Shown: piece after piece, positions 1-10,018 of the stretch
Position numbering within the stretch: the stretch's first letter is position 1
How the letters are laid out: each line of letters starts with the position of its first letter
Made by a program: the position numbers and the translations under genes
The notes under the pieces: generated by a model
The model's database searches: none
What the model was told of the DNA's origin: nothing
What the model saw: the letters and a program-made list of their open reading frames with translations, nothing else
Assembly: GCA_965216025.1 (NCBI GenBank)
Contig: CBDCEX010000017.1
Span: 377,768 to 441,767 of the forward strand
Length of the DNA: 64,000 bases
Reading direction: 5' to 3'
Source of the DNA: Dehalococcoidia bacterium
Lineage (GTDB): Bacteria; Chloroflexota; Dehalococcoidia; Lucifugimonadales; UBA3495

Positions 1-202
1 CACCTCTTCATGGCGACCTGACCACACGCTTGACAGCTTTGTGGCCTTGCCTTCCGCGAAGCAGTTTCCGCCCAAAAACTGACCAAATTGAGGAAGCGTC
101 GTTGTAATACTAGCACTCTGTCCTCTCAGGGGCGTCGGCACCATAATCCGCCCAGGTGGACACCCGTATTCCTGTTGCCGGATTTTTAGTGGACGTAAGC
201 CG

Positions 203-787
203 ATGCTGATAAACTCGGTCCCCCTAAAGCCTCTTCAGATAGTGCCCAACCTGCAGAAGTTTCCCCTAACCATCCTGTCCGCTATATCCGCGGTGCTGTT
301 CATCTCCATGGCCATACTCGTGATGAACCATTTTCTGGCGGATTCGGCAGTTGGCGGCGGTCTGTCCAATCCAGAGCAGGTGGCCAAGGCGAATATCCTC
401 CGCGTCTCCATGTGGGCGATGGGCGGATTGTTCCTGGCGCTATCTGGATTCGTCATCGTGGCCGATGTGATCATTTTCCGCTCCAATCGGCGGGAAGTAG
501 CGCTGGTGGCGGCCCGGTTGGTTGAGCGGGAACGATTCGAGGAGCAACTGCTTCAGGCACAGAAAATGGAAAGCATCGGTCGACTGGCCGGAGGAGTGGC
601 TCACGATTTCAACAACTTGCTCACTCCTATAATTAGCTATGCCCAGCTATGCAAGATGAACCTGGACGCGGATGATCCCTTGTATTCAAACCTGGAAGAA
701 ATTGAAAAAGCGGCGGATCGCGCTGCTGATGTAACCCACAAATTGCTCGCCTTTTCCCGACAGCAAGTTATCGAGCCTCAAGACCTA
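203..787 (+). pseudogene. Hybrid sensor histidine kinase, N-terminal fragment (hydrophobic helices + HisKA H-box), split by an IS630-family insertion
   Basis: ORF 203..835. H-box GGVAHDFNNLLTPI. Kinase-like sequence stops at ...RQQVIEPQDL (787) and resumes in frame at 2019. Residues after 787 are read-through into the IS. Confidence 0.8.
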
Positions 788-1669
788 AACCAAAGCCAAG
801 GTGGGAACTACATTTTGCAGCGATGGCAAAGGTAGGGAAGGTGTAAAAATCAATGCATCGGCTCGAGCTTGTAACAGGGTTCGGCAGCGATGTTTCACTT
901 CATCCTTACGGTGAGCTAGTCCGCCGAAGAATGCATTCATCTTCTCTTGGACTTGGGCTTTTGTTCCCAGGCATTCGTTGGCCGTGACCTCTTCCCTGGC
1001 CCAGTCCCAGACGGCTTCGTCGGCATTGAAGTCTGGGCTGTAGGCCGGTAAGGCCACCAGCCTCAGCTGCAAGTCAGGGGTGGTCAAATAGCTGCGAATC
1101 GCTTCTCCTCGGTGGGCTGGCCCATTGTCCCAAATCACTACCAGAGGTCCAGGATGTTTTTCTCTTAGCTGCCGTAAAAAGGCGGTGGAGGTCTCGGCAT
1201 TGCTGTTGCCGGCTATTTCCATGGCTTCCACCTCCCCAGCCTCCAAGCAAACTCCCGAGTAGTAGCAGGCCTTCTCTCCCCACCAAGGACTGGTAGAGTC
1301 CACCAGCGCCGGCTCTCCCTTGAGCACCCATTTCCCCCTCAGATCGGCATCGGCCCGAAAGTGGGCTTCGTCTACGAAGAAGATTTTGGCCCCACTCTCT
1401 TGGGCCTCCTCTCGGATTTGGCTGTACTGGAGGACGAAGGCTTTCCGCGCTTCATCCTTGGCTTTCAGGAGGCGTTTCTTGGGTCGCTTCAGCACGAAGC
1501 CCAACCGATGGAGGTAGTTCAAGCAACTGCTTCGACTCAGCCCCAGGTCAAAGCTCTGCTTGAGAAATTGCCTCACTACTTTCCAATTCCAGTTGGACAA
1601 TTCAACTCCCGCCTCTCCAGGCGGATTTTGCACCGCAGACTTCAGTTGGTTCTGTTGACCCCAGATCAA
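785..1669 (-). CDS. IS630-family transposase, DDE catalytic part (orfB)
   Basis: 294 aa with FFVDEAHF, VIWDNGPAHRGE and LPAYSPDFNADE motifs typical of DDE_3/IS630 transposases. The stop codon TAG is formed by the TA target plus one flanking base. Confidence 0.8.
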   Translation of the reverse strand: MIWGQQNQLKSAVQNPPGEAGVELSNWNWKVVRQFLKQSFDLGLSRSSCLNYLHRLGFVLKRPKKRLLKAKDEARKAFVLQYSQIREEAQESGAKIFFVDEAHFRADADLRGKWVLKGEPALVDSTSPWWGEKACYYSGVCLEAGEVEAMEIAGNSNAETSTAFLRQLREKHPGPLVVIWDNGPAHRGEAIRSYLTTPDLQLRLVALPAYSPDFNADEAVWDWAREEVTANECLGTKAQVQEKMNAFFGGLAHRKDEVKHRCRTLLQARADALIFTPSLPLPSLQNVVPTLALV

Positions 1670-2016
1670 GACGGGGGGGAACCCCCAGTCTGTTCAAAGA
1701 CCAAACCTTGGGCCCCGCCTCGGCGAAAGTTGGCCAGCCAGTTTCCAATGGTATGAGGCTCTCTGTCCAAAGCCTCAGCCACCTGGAAAGCCGACCACCC
1801 TTGGGCCAACAACCATAGCCCGTGCCATCGCTCTCGCTCTCGAGGTGTTGGCGCTCGATACATCCTTTCCCGTAAGTCACCTACATTGAGTTGCCACTCT
1901 TCCATGAGTTGCACTATTTCCTTCATCCCTTCCACCACCGCCACTCGACTTCTTTTACAGAATATCGCAACTCCTCTTCGGGTTCGCTTTATGTAGGTTT
2001 CACCTTAGCTTTGCTT
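788..2016 (-). mobile_element. IS630-family insertion sequence (about 1.23 kb) with TA target duplication
   Basis: Imperfect terminal inverted repeats aaccaaagccaaggtgggaac (788-808) and gtttcaccttagctttgctt (1997-2016). TA at 786-787 and 2017-2018. Two overlapping transposase ORFs lie inside. Confidence 0.8.
1666..1944 (-). CDS. IS630-family transposase, N-terminal HTH part (orfA)
   Basis: 92 aa with a helix-turn-helix-like region (WSAFQVAEALDREPHTIGNWLANFRRGG). Ends in a C7 run where a -1 shift joins it to orfB (GGSPP/VLIWGQQ). Confidence 0.75.
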   Translation of the reverse strand: MAVVEGMKEIVQLMEEWQLNVGDLRERMYRAPTPRERERWHGLWLLAQGWSAFQVAEALDREPHTIGNWLANFRRGGAQGLVFEQTGGSPPS

Positions 2017-2018
2017 TA

Positions 2019-2942
2019 GAGTTAAACCGGCTGGTGGTCGACCTGGGCAAAATGCTAAACCGCCTAATCGGCGAAGATGTGGAAATGTCGATCATCACAG
2101 CACCCAATGCCGGTCTGGTCAAAGTAGAGCACGGGCAGATAGAGCAGGTATTGGTCAACCTGGTGGTGAACGCCCGGGATGCCATGCCGGAAGGCGGCAA
2201 GTTGACGGTGACCACCAGAGCTGTTTGGATCGATGGCAAAAATCAGGACTATTTCTCCGAGCTTCCGCCTGGCTATTACGTGGAGTTGAGTGTCAGCGAC
2301 ACTGGTAGCGGTATGGACGAGGAGGTCCAGCGCCATATATTTGAGCCCTTCTTCACGACCAAGGAGGCGGGTAAAGGAACGGGATTAGGCCTAGCCACCT
2401 GCTACGGCATTGTGAAGCAGAGCGGCGGAGACTTGAGGGTGACCAGCCGGCCTGGCGAAGGCGCCACCTTCAAGATCCTTTTGCCGCAGGTGGATCAACC
2501 CAATCCGGAAGCCGTGACGGTAAAAGCGGAGGCGGTCGCCTTGCCCAAGGGAACCGAGACGGTGCTGCTGGCCGAGGACGAGCCGGGTGTTCTGGAGGTG
2601 GCATCCCAACTGCTTATGGAGCAAGGATATAGAGTGTTGCGAGCCTCTAACGGGGTGGAGGCCCTGGGAGTGGCGTGGATGCACGCCCCAGAAAAGATAG
2701 ACTTGCTGCTGACCGACGTGGTTATGACCCAGATGAACGGGAAGGACCTGGCCGACCAACTGGAAGCTATTCATCCGGAAACCCGGGTCCTTTACACTTC
2801 CGGGTACACCGATGAAGTGATCGGCCACCACGGCGTTCTAGAAGGTGGCACCCGATTTTTACAGAAACCCTTCTCTCAGCCGATTCTAGCGCGTAAAGTC
2901 AGGGAAGCTTTGGACGAGCAGGCGGACTCCCAGGCTTCCTAA
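2019..2942 (+). pseudogene. Hybrid sensor histidine kinase, C-terminal fragment (HATPase_c + receiver domain)
   Basis: ORF 2034..2942 extended upstream in frame to 2019. N-box QVLVNLVVNARDAM; G-boxes DTGSGM and GTGLGLATCYG; receiver-like TVLLAEDE...LLLTDVVM...YTSGY. Confidence 0.8.
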
Positions 2943-3037
2943 TGGGCGTGTGAGGAATTTCCACACACCCGCAACTCCCCCAGTGATACCTCTTCGTAAA
3001 ACTATCCCACAAGCAAAGTCTTTAGGTTCTCCCCAGT

Positions 3038-3275
3038 GTCATTGCGAGTTATCATGCCCCGATGGGGCGCCACCGACAGATGAAAATGGGTTGCCTTCCG
3101 CTCATGGTTTGATAGGCTTGCCAGGAACGGTTGGGATCCCGTTCGTCCTGAGGCTCTCGAAGGGCGAACGGGATATTTACAGAGCAGCCCTTCGACTGCG
3201 CTCAGGATAAACTCCGCGAAGCAATCCCTCCTCACTCCCTTGAGATTGCTTCGGGCCTGCGGCCCTCGCAATGAC
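3038..3275. repeat. MITE-like intergenic repeat, full A+B form, copy 1
   Basis: Bounded by 11-bp inverted termini gtcattgcgag / ctcgcaatgac. Near-identical copies at 17899-18114 and 29109-29346; partial copies are listed as separate features. Confidence 0.85.
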
Positions 3276-3387
3276 AATCGAAGGGGCTGATCTCCCTAGT
3301 TGTTTAGTTGGTCTTTCCGCTGTGTTCTGGGTATACTGTCGCTAAATTCGATTGGCTATTACGTTGGCAATTCCTTGCAGGATCAGA

Positions 3388-3678
3388 ATGGAACTGGACC
3401 GTGCTCGAGTGGAGAATATCGCCGCGCTGGCTCGCATCGACCTAACCGATGAAGAGGTTGAAGCCTTCGGGCAGGAGCTCTCGCATATCTTGGAGCAGTT
3501 CGAGCTACTGCGCCAGCTGGATACCGCCGGTGTGCCTCCCACCGGCCATGCCGCCGACTTGAACACGGTAACCCGCGAAGATGTGGCACAAGATTGCCTG
3601 CCTTCTGAAGATGTCTTGAGCAACGCGCCCAGAAGGGAAGGGGAGTTCTTTCGAGTCAAGGCGGTCCTAGAGGAATAG
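3388..3678 (+). CDS. gatC: Asp/Glu-tRNA(Asn/Gln) amidotransferase subunit C
   Basis: ORF 3352..3678 has GatC-like sequence (ARIDLTDEEVEAFGQELSHILEQFELL). Start placed at ATG 3388 (MELDRARV). Directly upstream of gatA. Confidence 0.8.
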   Translation: MELDRARVENIAALARIDLTDEEVEAFGQELSHILEQFELLRQLDTAGVPPTGHAADLNTVTREDVAQDCLPSEDVLSNAPRREGEFFRVKAVLEE

Positions 3679-3698
3679 GTCGTGGAGGAATAGGTCGG

Positions 3699-5192
3699 TT
3701 GGCCAACCTGTGGGAACTGACGATTCAAGAAGCCCATCGGGGTCTGGTGGCGCGGGAATTCAGCTCGGTGGACTTGACCGCTTCCTGCCTGGAACGTATT
3801 CGGCAGGTGGAGAACCGGGTAAAGTCTTTTGTGACCATCACCCAAGACCTGGCCCTGAGCCAAGCGGAGCGGGCAGACCGGGTCATTGCCGACAATCGGT
3901 CCACGCCGCTGACCGGGATACCGGTGCAGATAAAGGACTTGATCTCCACCAAGGGAATTCCCACTACCTGCTGCTCCCGCATGCTGGAGGGCTATGTTCC
4001 GCCTTACAACGCAACCGCGGTGAGCAGACTTTTGGAGCAGGGGGCGGTGATTTTAGGGAAGGGCAATATGGACGAGTTTGGCATGGGCTCTTCCTGCGAG
4101 CACTCCGCCTTTTTCCCGACGCATAACCCCTGGGATTTAGCCAGGGTTCCGGGCGGCAGCAGCGGCGGCGCGTCGGCCTCAGTGGCGGCCGGTGAGGTTA
4201 TCTACGCCCTGGGCTCGGACACCGGCGGCAGCATTCGTCAACCCGCCGCGCTTTCCGGCGTGGTCGGCTTGAAGCCAACCTACGGGTCGGTGAGCCGGTA
4301 CGGCCTGGTGGCCTACGCCTCATCGCTGGATCAAATCGGGCCGCTGGCCAGGGAAGTTGCCGACTGCGCCCTGGTGCTCGATGCCATCGCTGGTCATGAC
4401 CCCCTCGACGCGACTTCGGTGCCCCGGCCGGCATCCGGCTACGCTGCGGCGCTGAACGGGAATCCCTCCAGCTCCTCTCCCCTGGGGCCGTCGGGCACCC
4501 GGGATGCTATCCGAATTGGTGTACCTCAAGAGTACTTCGTAAAGGGGTTAGATCCAGAGGTCAAGGAGCGGGTGGAGGACGGGATACGGGTTCTCGAATC
4601 CTTGGGCGCATCGGTCCAGCCGGTCTCCCTGCCGACCACTCAGCACGCGCTGGCTTGCTACTACATCATCGCTCCTTCCGAATGCTCGGCAAACCTGGCC
4701 CGCTACGACGGAGTGAAGTTCGGTTACTCGTATCAGGACACTACCGATATGTGGCAGGCGATGGAGAAGACCCGCCGCTTCGGTTTCGGTCCCGAGGTGA
4801 AGCGCCGCATTATGCTGGGCACATATGCGCTGTCTTCCGGTTACTACGACGCTTACTACATCAAAGCCCAGCAGGTAAGGACCCTGATCCGCCGGGAATT
4901 TGACCAGGTTTTCAGCCAGGTGGATGCGCTGGTGACTCCAACCTCTCCGGTGGTGGCCTTTCCGCTGGGTGAAAAAACCGCCGACCCGCTGCAGATGTAC
5001 TTGGTCGATGTTTACACCCTGCCGGTTAACATCGCCGGGCTGCCCGGCTTATCGGTCCCTTGCGGTTTTTCCCAGGGCTTGCCAGTGGGGATGCAGTTAA
5101 TCGGCCCGGCCTGGTCCGAAGATACCTTACTGCGAATCGCCCACTCCTACCAGCAAGCCACCGAGTGGCACCTGGCCAGGCCCCAACTTTAA
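3699..5192 (+). CDS. gatA: Glutamyl-tRNA(Gln) amidotransferase subunit A
   Basis: 497 aa. Amidase signature GGSSGGASASVAAG and GSDTGGSIRQPAA. TTG start. Confidence 0.9.
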   Translation: MANLWELTIQEAHRGLVAREFSSVDLTASCLERIRQVENRVKSFVTITQDLALSQAERADRVIADNRSTPLTGIPVQIKDLISTKGIPTTCCSRMLEGYVPPYNATAVSRLLEQGAVILGKGNMDEFGMGSSCEHSAFFPTHNPWDLARVPGGSSGGASASVAAGEVIYALGSDTGGSIRQPAALSGVVGLKPTYGSVSRYGLVAYASSLDQIGPLAREVADCALVLDAIAGHDPLDATSVPRPASGYAAALNGNPSSSSPLGPSGTRDAIRIGVPQEYFVKGLDPEVKERVEDGIRVLESLGASVQPVSLPTTQHALACYYIIAPSECSANLARYDGVKFGYSYQDTTDMWQAMEKTRRFGFGPEVKRRIMLGTYALSSGYYDAYYIKAQQVRTLIRREFDQVFSQVDALVTPTSPVVAFPLGEKTADPLQMYLVDVYTLPVNIAGLPGLSVPCGFSQGLPVGMQLIGPAWSEDTLLRIAHSYQQATEWHLARPQL

Positions 5193-5222
5193 CTACAGAT
5201 TTAACCAACGGGCGGGAGGAAG

Positions 5223-6611
5223 ATGATGCGTCGAACTAAAGTTAAAGAGATTCTCCAGCGGGAAGCCGCCGGCGGAGAGGTGCTGGTGCAGGGCTGGGTC
5301 AAGACCCGGCGTTCCTCAGGCGCAGTCTCCTTTATCCAGATGAGCGATGGGTCTACCCTGCGCGACTTGCAGGTCGTCGTGGAGCAAGCCCTGCCGGATT
5401 ATCCCTTGGCCGAGGCGCTCAACACCGGCTGCAGCATCAGCGTGGTGGGAGAGGTGGTTGAATCCCAGGGTAAGGGGCAAAAGTACGAGGTTAAAGCCCA
5501 GCGAATTGAGCTCCTGGGTTCAGCCGATCCGGAAACCTACGCTCTGCAAAAGAAGCGGCACACCCTGGAGTTCCTGCGCGAAAACGGCCACCTCCGGCCT
5601 AGAACCAATACCTTTGGAGCCATGGCCCGCTTGCGAAGCGCCACCGCCTTTGCCATCCATAGCTTCTTCCAGAGCCGGGGTTTTCAGTACATACATACCC
5701 CCACGATCACCGCCAGCGACGCCGAAGGGGCGGGATCCATGTTTCGGGTAACAACCCTAGATCCGGCCCAGGTACCCCGCGGAGAGGACGGCGTCGATTA
5801 CTCGGAAGACTTCTTCGGCAAGCCCACCTTTCTCACCGTCAGCGGGCAGCTGGAAGCTGAGATATTCGCCTTGGCCCTGACCGATGTTTACACCTTTGGA
5901 CCGACCTTCCGCGCGGAAAACTCCAACACCTCCCGTCATCTGGCGGAGTTTTGGATGGTTGAGCCGGAGGTGGCGTTTTGCGACCTGGCTGGTCTGGCCG
6001 ACCTGGCGGAGGAATTCCTCAAATTCATATTTAGCTATATCTTGGAAAATTGCGCCGAGGACCTGGAGTTCTTCAATCAGTGGTACGACAAAACCGCCAT
6101 ATCCACCCTGGAGAGCATAGTCAATTCCAGCTTTGAGCGGCTCACTTACTCTGAGGCCATAGACATCCTTGCCAAGTCGGGAGAAGCCTTTGAGTTTCCC
6201 GTGGAATGGGGCCTGGACCTCCAGTCGGAACACGAGCGATACATCACCGAGGGGGTGGTGCAGAAGCCAGTGGTTGTCACCGACTACCCCAAGGAGATCA
6301 AGGCATTCTACATGCGCTTGAACGCCGACGGAAAAACCGTGGGAGCCATGGACGTGCTGGTGCCGAGGATCGGCGAAATCATTGGAGGCAGCCAGCGGGA
6401 GGAGCGGTACGACGTGCTGCTGGAGCGGCTACGCCAGTCCGGGCTGGACGAGGAGAATTACTGGTGGTACCTGGACCTGCGGCGCTACGGCACGGTCCCC
6501 CACTCGGGGTTTGGCCTGGGGTTCGAGCGCACCGTGCAGTTTATAACCGGGATGCAAAACATTCGGGACGTCATCCCCTTCCCCCGAACCCCCAAGAATG
6601 CCGAGTTCTGA
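5223..6611 (+). CDS. asnS: Asparagine--tRNA ligase
   Basis: 462 aa class IIb synthetase. C-terminus [34 protein letters not shown] is characteristic of AsnRS. Confidence 0.9.
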   Translation: MMRRTKVKEILQREAAGGEVLVQGWVKTRRSSGAVSFIQMSDGSTLRDLQVVVEQALPDYPLAEALNTGCSISVVGEVVESQGKGQKYEVKAQRIELLGSADPETYALQKKRHTLEFLRENGHLRPRTNTFGAMARLRSATAFAIHSFFQSRGFQYIHTPTITASDAEGAGSMFRVTTLDPAQVPRGEDGVDYSEDFFGKPTFLTVSGQLEAEIFALALTDVYTFGPTFRAENSNTSRHLAEFWMVEPEVAFCDLAGLADLAEEFLKFIFSYILENCAEDLEFFNQWYDKTAISTLESIVNSSFERLTYSEAIDILAKSGEAFEFPVEWGLDLQSEHERYITEGVVQKPVVVTDYPKEIKAFYMRLNADGKTVGAMDVLVPRIGEIIGGSQREERYDVLLERLRQSGLDEENYWWYLDLRRYGTVPHSGFGLGFERTVQFITGMQNIRDVIPFPRTPKNAEF

Positions 6612-6689
6612 GCAGGGAGTCTGGCGTGGCCTTACCCCGCGTCCCAATCCGCAACAGGCTTTCTGATCCTTAACGAGAATTTAAAATTT

Positions 6690-6749
6690 GTAAGATCCAA
6701 ATCCCCTTCAGTCCCCCTTTTTAAAAGGGGGACTGAAGGGGATTTCCCC
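6690..6749. repeat. Palindromic REP-like repeat (family 2)
   Basis: The palindrome tcagtccccc-tttttaaaa-gggggactga is flanked by gatccaaatcccc / ggggattt. Related copies at 15650-15720, 25915-25975, 50209-50255 and 62303-62372. Confidence 0.8.
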
Positions 6750-6800
6750 AGCGCCTCCGCCACCGACTGTGATTAGCTCTGGATTCAAGACTCAGTAGGA

Positions 6801-8231
6801 GTAAGTGTTCAGATTTGAGGGGAAGCGAGCAACCGGCGGCATTCCAGGAGGGGATTGAGACCTCTAGCCCGCCAGGTGCCAAAGAGGGATGCCAAGGTCA
6901 TCTTGCTGTCGGTGCCCTGCCCTGAGCGGGTGCCGCCGCTGATCTTGCGACTGGTTACCAGATGCCGCAGGCTCCGCTCGGCGGCGTTGTTGTCTGAGGG
7001 CACGGCTGGGTCCGACACGAAGACAAACAGTTCCTTGATGAACCGTTCCATGCGCCGGCAGAGCTTGGCCTGAACCGCCAGGGGATCTTTAAGGAAAGGC
7101 CGCGCCAAGACCATTAGTTTCTCCTCCAGCATTAGCTGGGTGCGATGGCCTGGCTGGGCTCGGGGAAGGACCGAGGCCTTGGCCTCCGTGTAGACCTGGT
7201 GAACCGCCTCGGCCCACTGAGCCAGCCCAGCGTCTTCTGGGTACAACCCTTTCAGGTCATGGATATCCCGCAGCAGATGAGCCCAGCACCGTTGCTTCAG
7301 GCCCGGGTAGTGGTTATAGGCGGCGTAGAAATCACTGACCAACACTCCGCTGAAGGAGGAATCCAGCACCTCATCCACCACCCCCTTATCCCGACCCCGA
7401 CGCAGGAAGTATCGTTCGCTGGGAGTGCTGAAGGTCCAAACATAGCCGTTGCTCCCGTCCTGGCGCCAGCCGGTTTCGTCGCCCTGCACCACGGGACTGG
7501 CGCGGACTTGCTCGAGCACCTCTCGCACCGCCGTCTCAGCCTGACGGGCTACTCCATGGACGGCCTGGACGATGGCACCAACACTCAGGTGCAACTGATG
7601 GACGGTCTCCAGGTACCATTGGATGATTCTTATGGGCAACCGTCCCTCCTCCCGCAGGGTCACCATCAGGCTTACCAGATTGACCCCCAGGCGCTGCTGG
7701 CCCAGAACCACCCCCTGCAGGGCCTCTTTGGGCAGCCGGCGCCGTTGGCATACCGGACAGATGCGGGCTACCAGGGCGTGCTCGGTCACTTCTACCGGAG
7801 CCACCGGTAGCTCAATGACTTCCCGAGTTCGCTGTACCCATCCGCCGTTCAGGTGAGTCCCGCAGTCGGGACAGACCGCCACGGCATGCTCCACCCGCTG
7901 GGTAGGAGTCATGCGCTGGCGGGCGAAGCCATGGCGGCGCGGCTTTCTGGGCTCCTTTTTCTCCGGCGCTTGCCGGCTGGAGTGCGGCTGATTACCCGGC
8001 ATCCCCGACGACCCGCGCCGGTTGGGACGGGATTCCAGAACCCCAATCCGCCTTTGCAAATCGGCAATGACTGCCCGCTGGCCGGCAATTATCTCCAGCA
8101 GAGTTTCGCGACTCGCCGCGTTCAGGTCTAGTTCAGTGTCCACCTCCCTGGTATGCCACAACTCCCCCGGCCATGCCAGCGTTTTTCCAACGGCTTTGAG
8201 CCAATTCACCTCATCAAGTCTGAACAGTTAC
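6801..8231 (-). mobile_element. IS66-family insertion sequence, single-ORF type (about 1.43 kb), with 8-bp target duplication
   Basis: Termini gtaagtgttcagatttgagg (6801-) and cctcatcaagtctgaacagttac (-8231) are inverted repeats. Direct repeat CAGTAGGA at 6793-6800 and 8232-8239. Confidence 0.85.
6809..8209 (-). CDS. IS66-family transposase
   Basis: 466 aa. Zinc-finger-like CPDCG...CPVCQ, then DETGWRQDG, DFYAAYNHY, QRCWAHLLRD and NNAAERSLRH blocks typical of IS66 TnpC. Confidence 0.85.
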   Translation of the reverse strand: MNWLKAVGKTLAWPGELWHTREVDTELDLNAASRETLLEIIAGQRAVIADLQRRIGVLESRPNRRGSSGMPGNQPHSSRQAPEKKEPRKPRRHGFARQRMTPTQRVEHAVAVCPDCGTHLNGGWVQRTREVIELPVAPVEVTEHALVARICPVCQRRRLPKEALQGVVLGQQRLGVNLVSLMVTLREEGRLPIRIIQWYLETVHQLHLSVGAIVQAVHGVARQAETAVREVLEQVRASPVVQGDETGWRQDGSNGYVWTFSTPSERYFLRRGRDKGVVDEVLDSSFSGVLVSDFYAAYNHYPGLKQRCWAHLLRDIHDLKGLYPEDAGLAQWAEAVHQVYTEAKASVLPRAQPGHRTQLMLEEKLMVLARPFLKDPLAVQAKLCRRMERFIKELFVFVSDPAVPSDNNAAERSLRHLVTSRKISGGTRSGQGTDSKMTLASLFGTWRARGLNPLLECRRLLASPQI

Positions 8232-8316
8232 CAGTAGGAACGCAACATTGACTAGCCAGCTAGGCCACGAATATAATGGGGCGACTTCACTATGCACCAG
8301 ACCCGAAGGAGGCGCG

Positions 8317-8829
8317 ATGACAACTCAGGAAGCTGTACTGCATCCCCCGGCAGTTATTAGCGAGCTGGTCAAGAACAATGTCACCCATGTGGTGTGGCTG
8401 CCCGACAGCGAAACCAACTTCATGTATCAGTTGCTGATGGCCGAACCTTCGCTGGACCTGGTGCCGGTGTGCCGGGAGGGTGAAACCATGGCCATTGCCG
8501 CCGGCCTGTGGGTTGGCGGGAAAAAGCCCGTGGTCCTGATTCAAAACACCGGAATATTTGAATCGGGCGACTCCATTCGGGGTCTCGGGCTGGACGTCAA
8601 CCAGCCGCTGGTAATGCTAATCGGCTACCGGGGCTGGAGCCGCCACGGTGTCACCACCGACTCGGCGGCCCGATTCATCGAGCATATCCATATCCTCCAT
8701 GCTTGGGGGATCAACTACTACTTGATCGAGACCGACGAAGACGCCGGCCGGATTAGCACCGCCCTTGAGGAGGCGGAGCGGACTCAGAAGCCGGTGGCCG
8801 TGCTGGTGGGTACCGAGTTCGGAGCCTAA
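8317..8829 (+). CDS. TPP-dependent decarboxylase, alpha (N-terminal pyrimidine-binding) subunit; sulfopyruvate/phosphonopyruvate decarboxylase-like
   Basis: ORF 8248..8829. Start moved to ATG 8317, which follows gaaggagg. Sequence VTHVVWLPDSETNFMY...CREGETMAIAAGLW...VVLIQNTG. Confidence 0.7.
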   Translation: MTTQEAVLHPPAVISELVKNNVTHVVWLPDSETNFMYQLLMAEPSLDLVPVCREGETMAIAAGLWVGGKKPVVLIQNTGIFESGDSIRGLGLDVNQPLVMLIGYRGWSRHGVTTDSAARFIEHIHILHAWGINYYLIETDEDAGRISTALEEAERTQKPVAVLVGTEFGA

Positions 8830-8892
8830 ACGCTCAAGGGCGATTAGCCAAGAAATTAACCGGGCGATTCACCGGGAAGGAGGACCTGTAGC

Positions 8893-9483
8893 GTGATTAA
8901 AAACGCCGATGCAGTGAAAATCATCGACAGCAAGCGCGAAGATTCGTTGATTGTTCCAACTATGAACGCCAACAACGTCAGCTTTGGCCTGCCGACGGTC
9001 ACCAGCGCCCAAGATTTAGACCTGCCTCTATCCGGGGCCATGAGCAAAGCCTCCTCGTTGGGATTAGGACTGGCCCTGGCCCAGCCGGATCGCAAGGTTT
9101 TCGTTTTGGATGGCGACGGTAGCCTCCTGATGAACTTGGGAGCGCTGGTTACCCTGGCCAACAAGGCACCCAAAAACCTGTATCATTTCCTGTTCAACAA
9201 TGGGGTTTATGCCGTCACCGGAGGACAGCCGATACCCGGGGCAGGCCAATCTGACTGGGAAGGATTGGCCAAGGCCGTCGGATATGCCGCCGTGTTCTCA
9301 TTTGAGGACCTGGAAGACTTGGCCACCGGAATCGACCAGGTGTTGGCTGCGGAGGGCCCGGTGTTCATCCACCTTGCCGTGGAGCCCCAGGTCGAGAACA
9401 CCCCGGTCGCGTACCGGACCCGCCCCGCCAGGTCGGTGCAGCAGGCCTTCCGAGAATTGCCCGCCGCCCTGGGAGTGAAGTAA
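8893..9483 (+). CDS. TPP-dependent decarboxylase, beta (diphosphate-binding) subunit
   Basis: GTG start after ggaaggagg. Intact Mg-TPP motif GDGS-x24-NN (LDGDGSLLMN...FLFNNGVY). Confidence 0.7.
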   Translation: MIKNADAVKIIDSKREDSLIVPTMNANNVSFGLPTVTSAQDLDLPLSGAMSKASSLGLGLALAQPDRKVFVLDGDGSLLMNLGALVTLANKAPKNLYHFLFNNGVYAVTGGQPIPGAGQSDWEGLAKAVGYAAVFSFEDLEDLATGIDQVLAAEGPVFIHLAVEPQVENTPVAYRTRPARSVQQAFRELPAALGVK

Positions 9484-9614
9484 GCCGCGCATCAACCCAG
9501 GAGCCATGGGCAGCTTGCCTAGTAGGGTGTCGAGACGGCGACCATGCCGCTGTTCCGGTGCCCGCTTTTTCTGTAAGCGGGTGGGGGAAGAAGGATTCAA
9601 CACCGGGGTAGTCA

Positions 9615-9680
9615 CCCTTCGACAGGCTCAGGGCGAACGGTGGGGCTTCGTTCGTGGTGAGCTGGTCGAACCATGAACGA
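9615..9680. repeat. MITE-like repeat, partial module A (inverted orientation)
   Basis: cccttcgacaggctcagggcgaacgg...gtggtgagctggtcgaaccatgaacga is the reverse complement of the core of the 3038-3275 element. Confidence 0.7.
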
Positions 9681-9718
9681 ACGCATCTCACCCACTCTCC
9701 TAAAATATAACGGGCATA

Positions 9719-10018
9719 ATGTTGAAAGGGTTGCTAAAGGGTCTGCTGGGCCGGCTGGTATCCTATACCGGGTTGGCGGTGGGCTTTTGGCTGCTGTACC
9801 AGGCCTTGCTCCAGTCGAGCCTGCTCTACGGCATCCCCCTGGGATTGCTCGGAGGCGGCTCCATATTGCTCGGCATGTATTTGCTGGTGACGGCACGGCA
9901 TATCGCGGGCAATGGGGCTGGTTTGGATTTGCCTGTATTAGATTTGGATGAAGAAAAGGAGGGGACTGCCGGTGATTCCTTCACTGGAAGCAGCCAAAGC
10001 GATAAACTTCCACCGTAA
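9719..10018 (+). CDS. Small hypothetical membrane protein (two hydrophobic segments)
   Basis: 99-aa ORF with LAVGFWLLYQALL and LLGGGSILLGMYLLV. Overlaps the next gene start by about 47 nt. No recognisable family. Confidence 0.3.
   Translation: MLKGLLKGLLGRLVSYTGLAVGFWLLYQALLQSSLLYGIPLGLLGGGSILLGMYLLVTARHIAGNGAGLDLPVLDLDEEKEGTAGDSFTGSSQSDKLPP

Noticed and set aside
2950-3277. Small ORFs that translate across the MITE-like repeats: 2950..3210, 3002..3277, 9365..9691, 17979..18308, 19695..19922, 28966..29409 and 25400..25899.
   Set aside because: Their similarity to each other comes from the nucleotide repeat itself. They occur in both orientations and in different frames and have no start context. 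They are not protein genes.
3388-6611. gatCA next to asnS as a redundancy anomaly (indirect and direct Asn-tRNA routes together).
   Set aside because: GatCAB is also needed for Gln-tRNA(Gln) formation in the many bacteria that lack GlnRS. Co-occurrence with AsnRS is therefore common and not informative without the full aaRS inventory.
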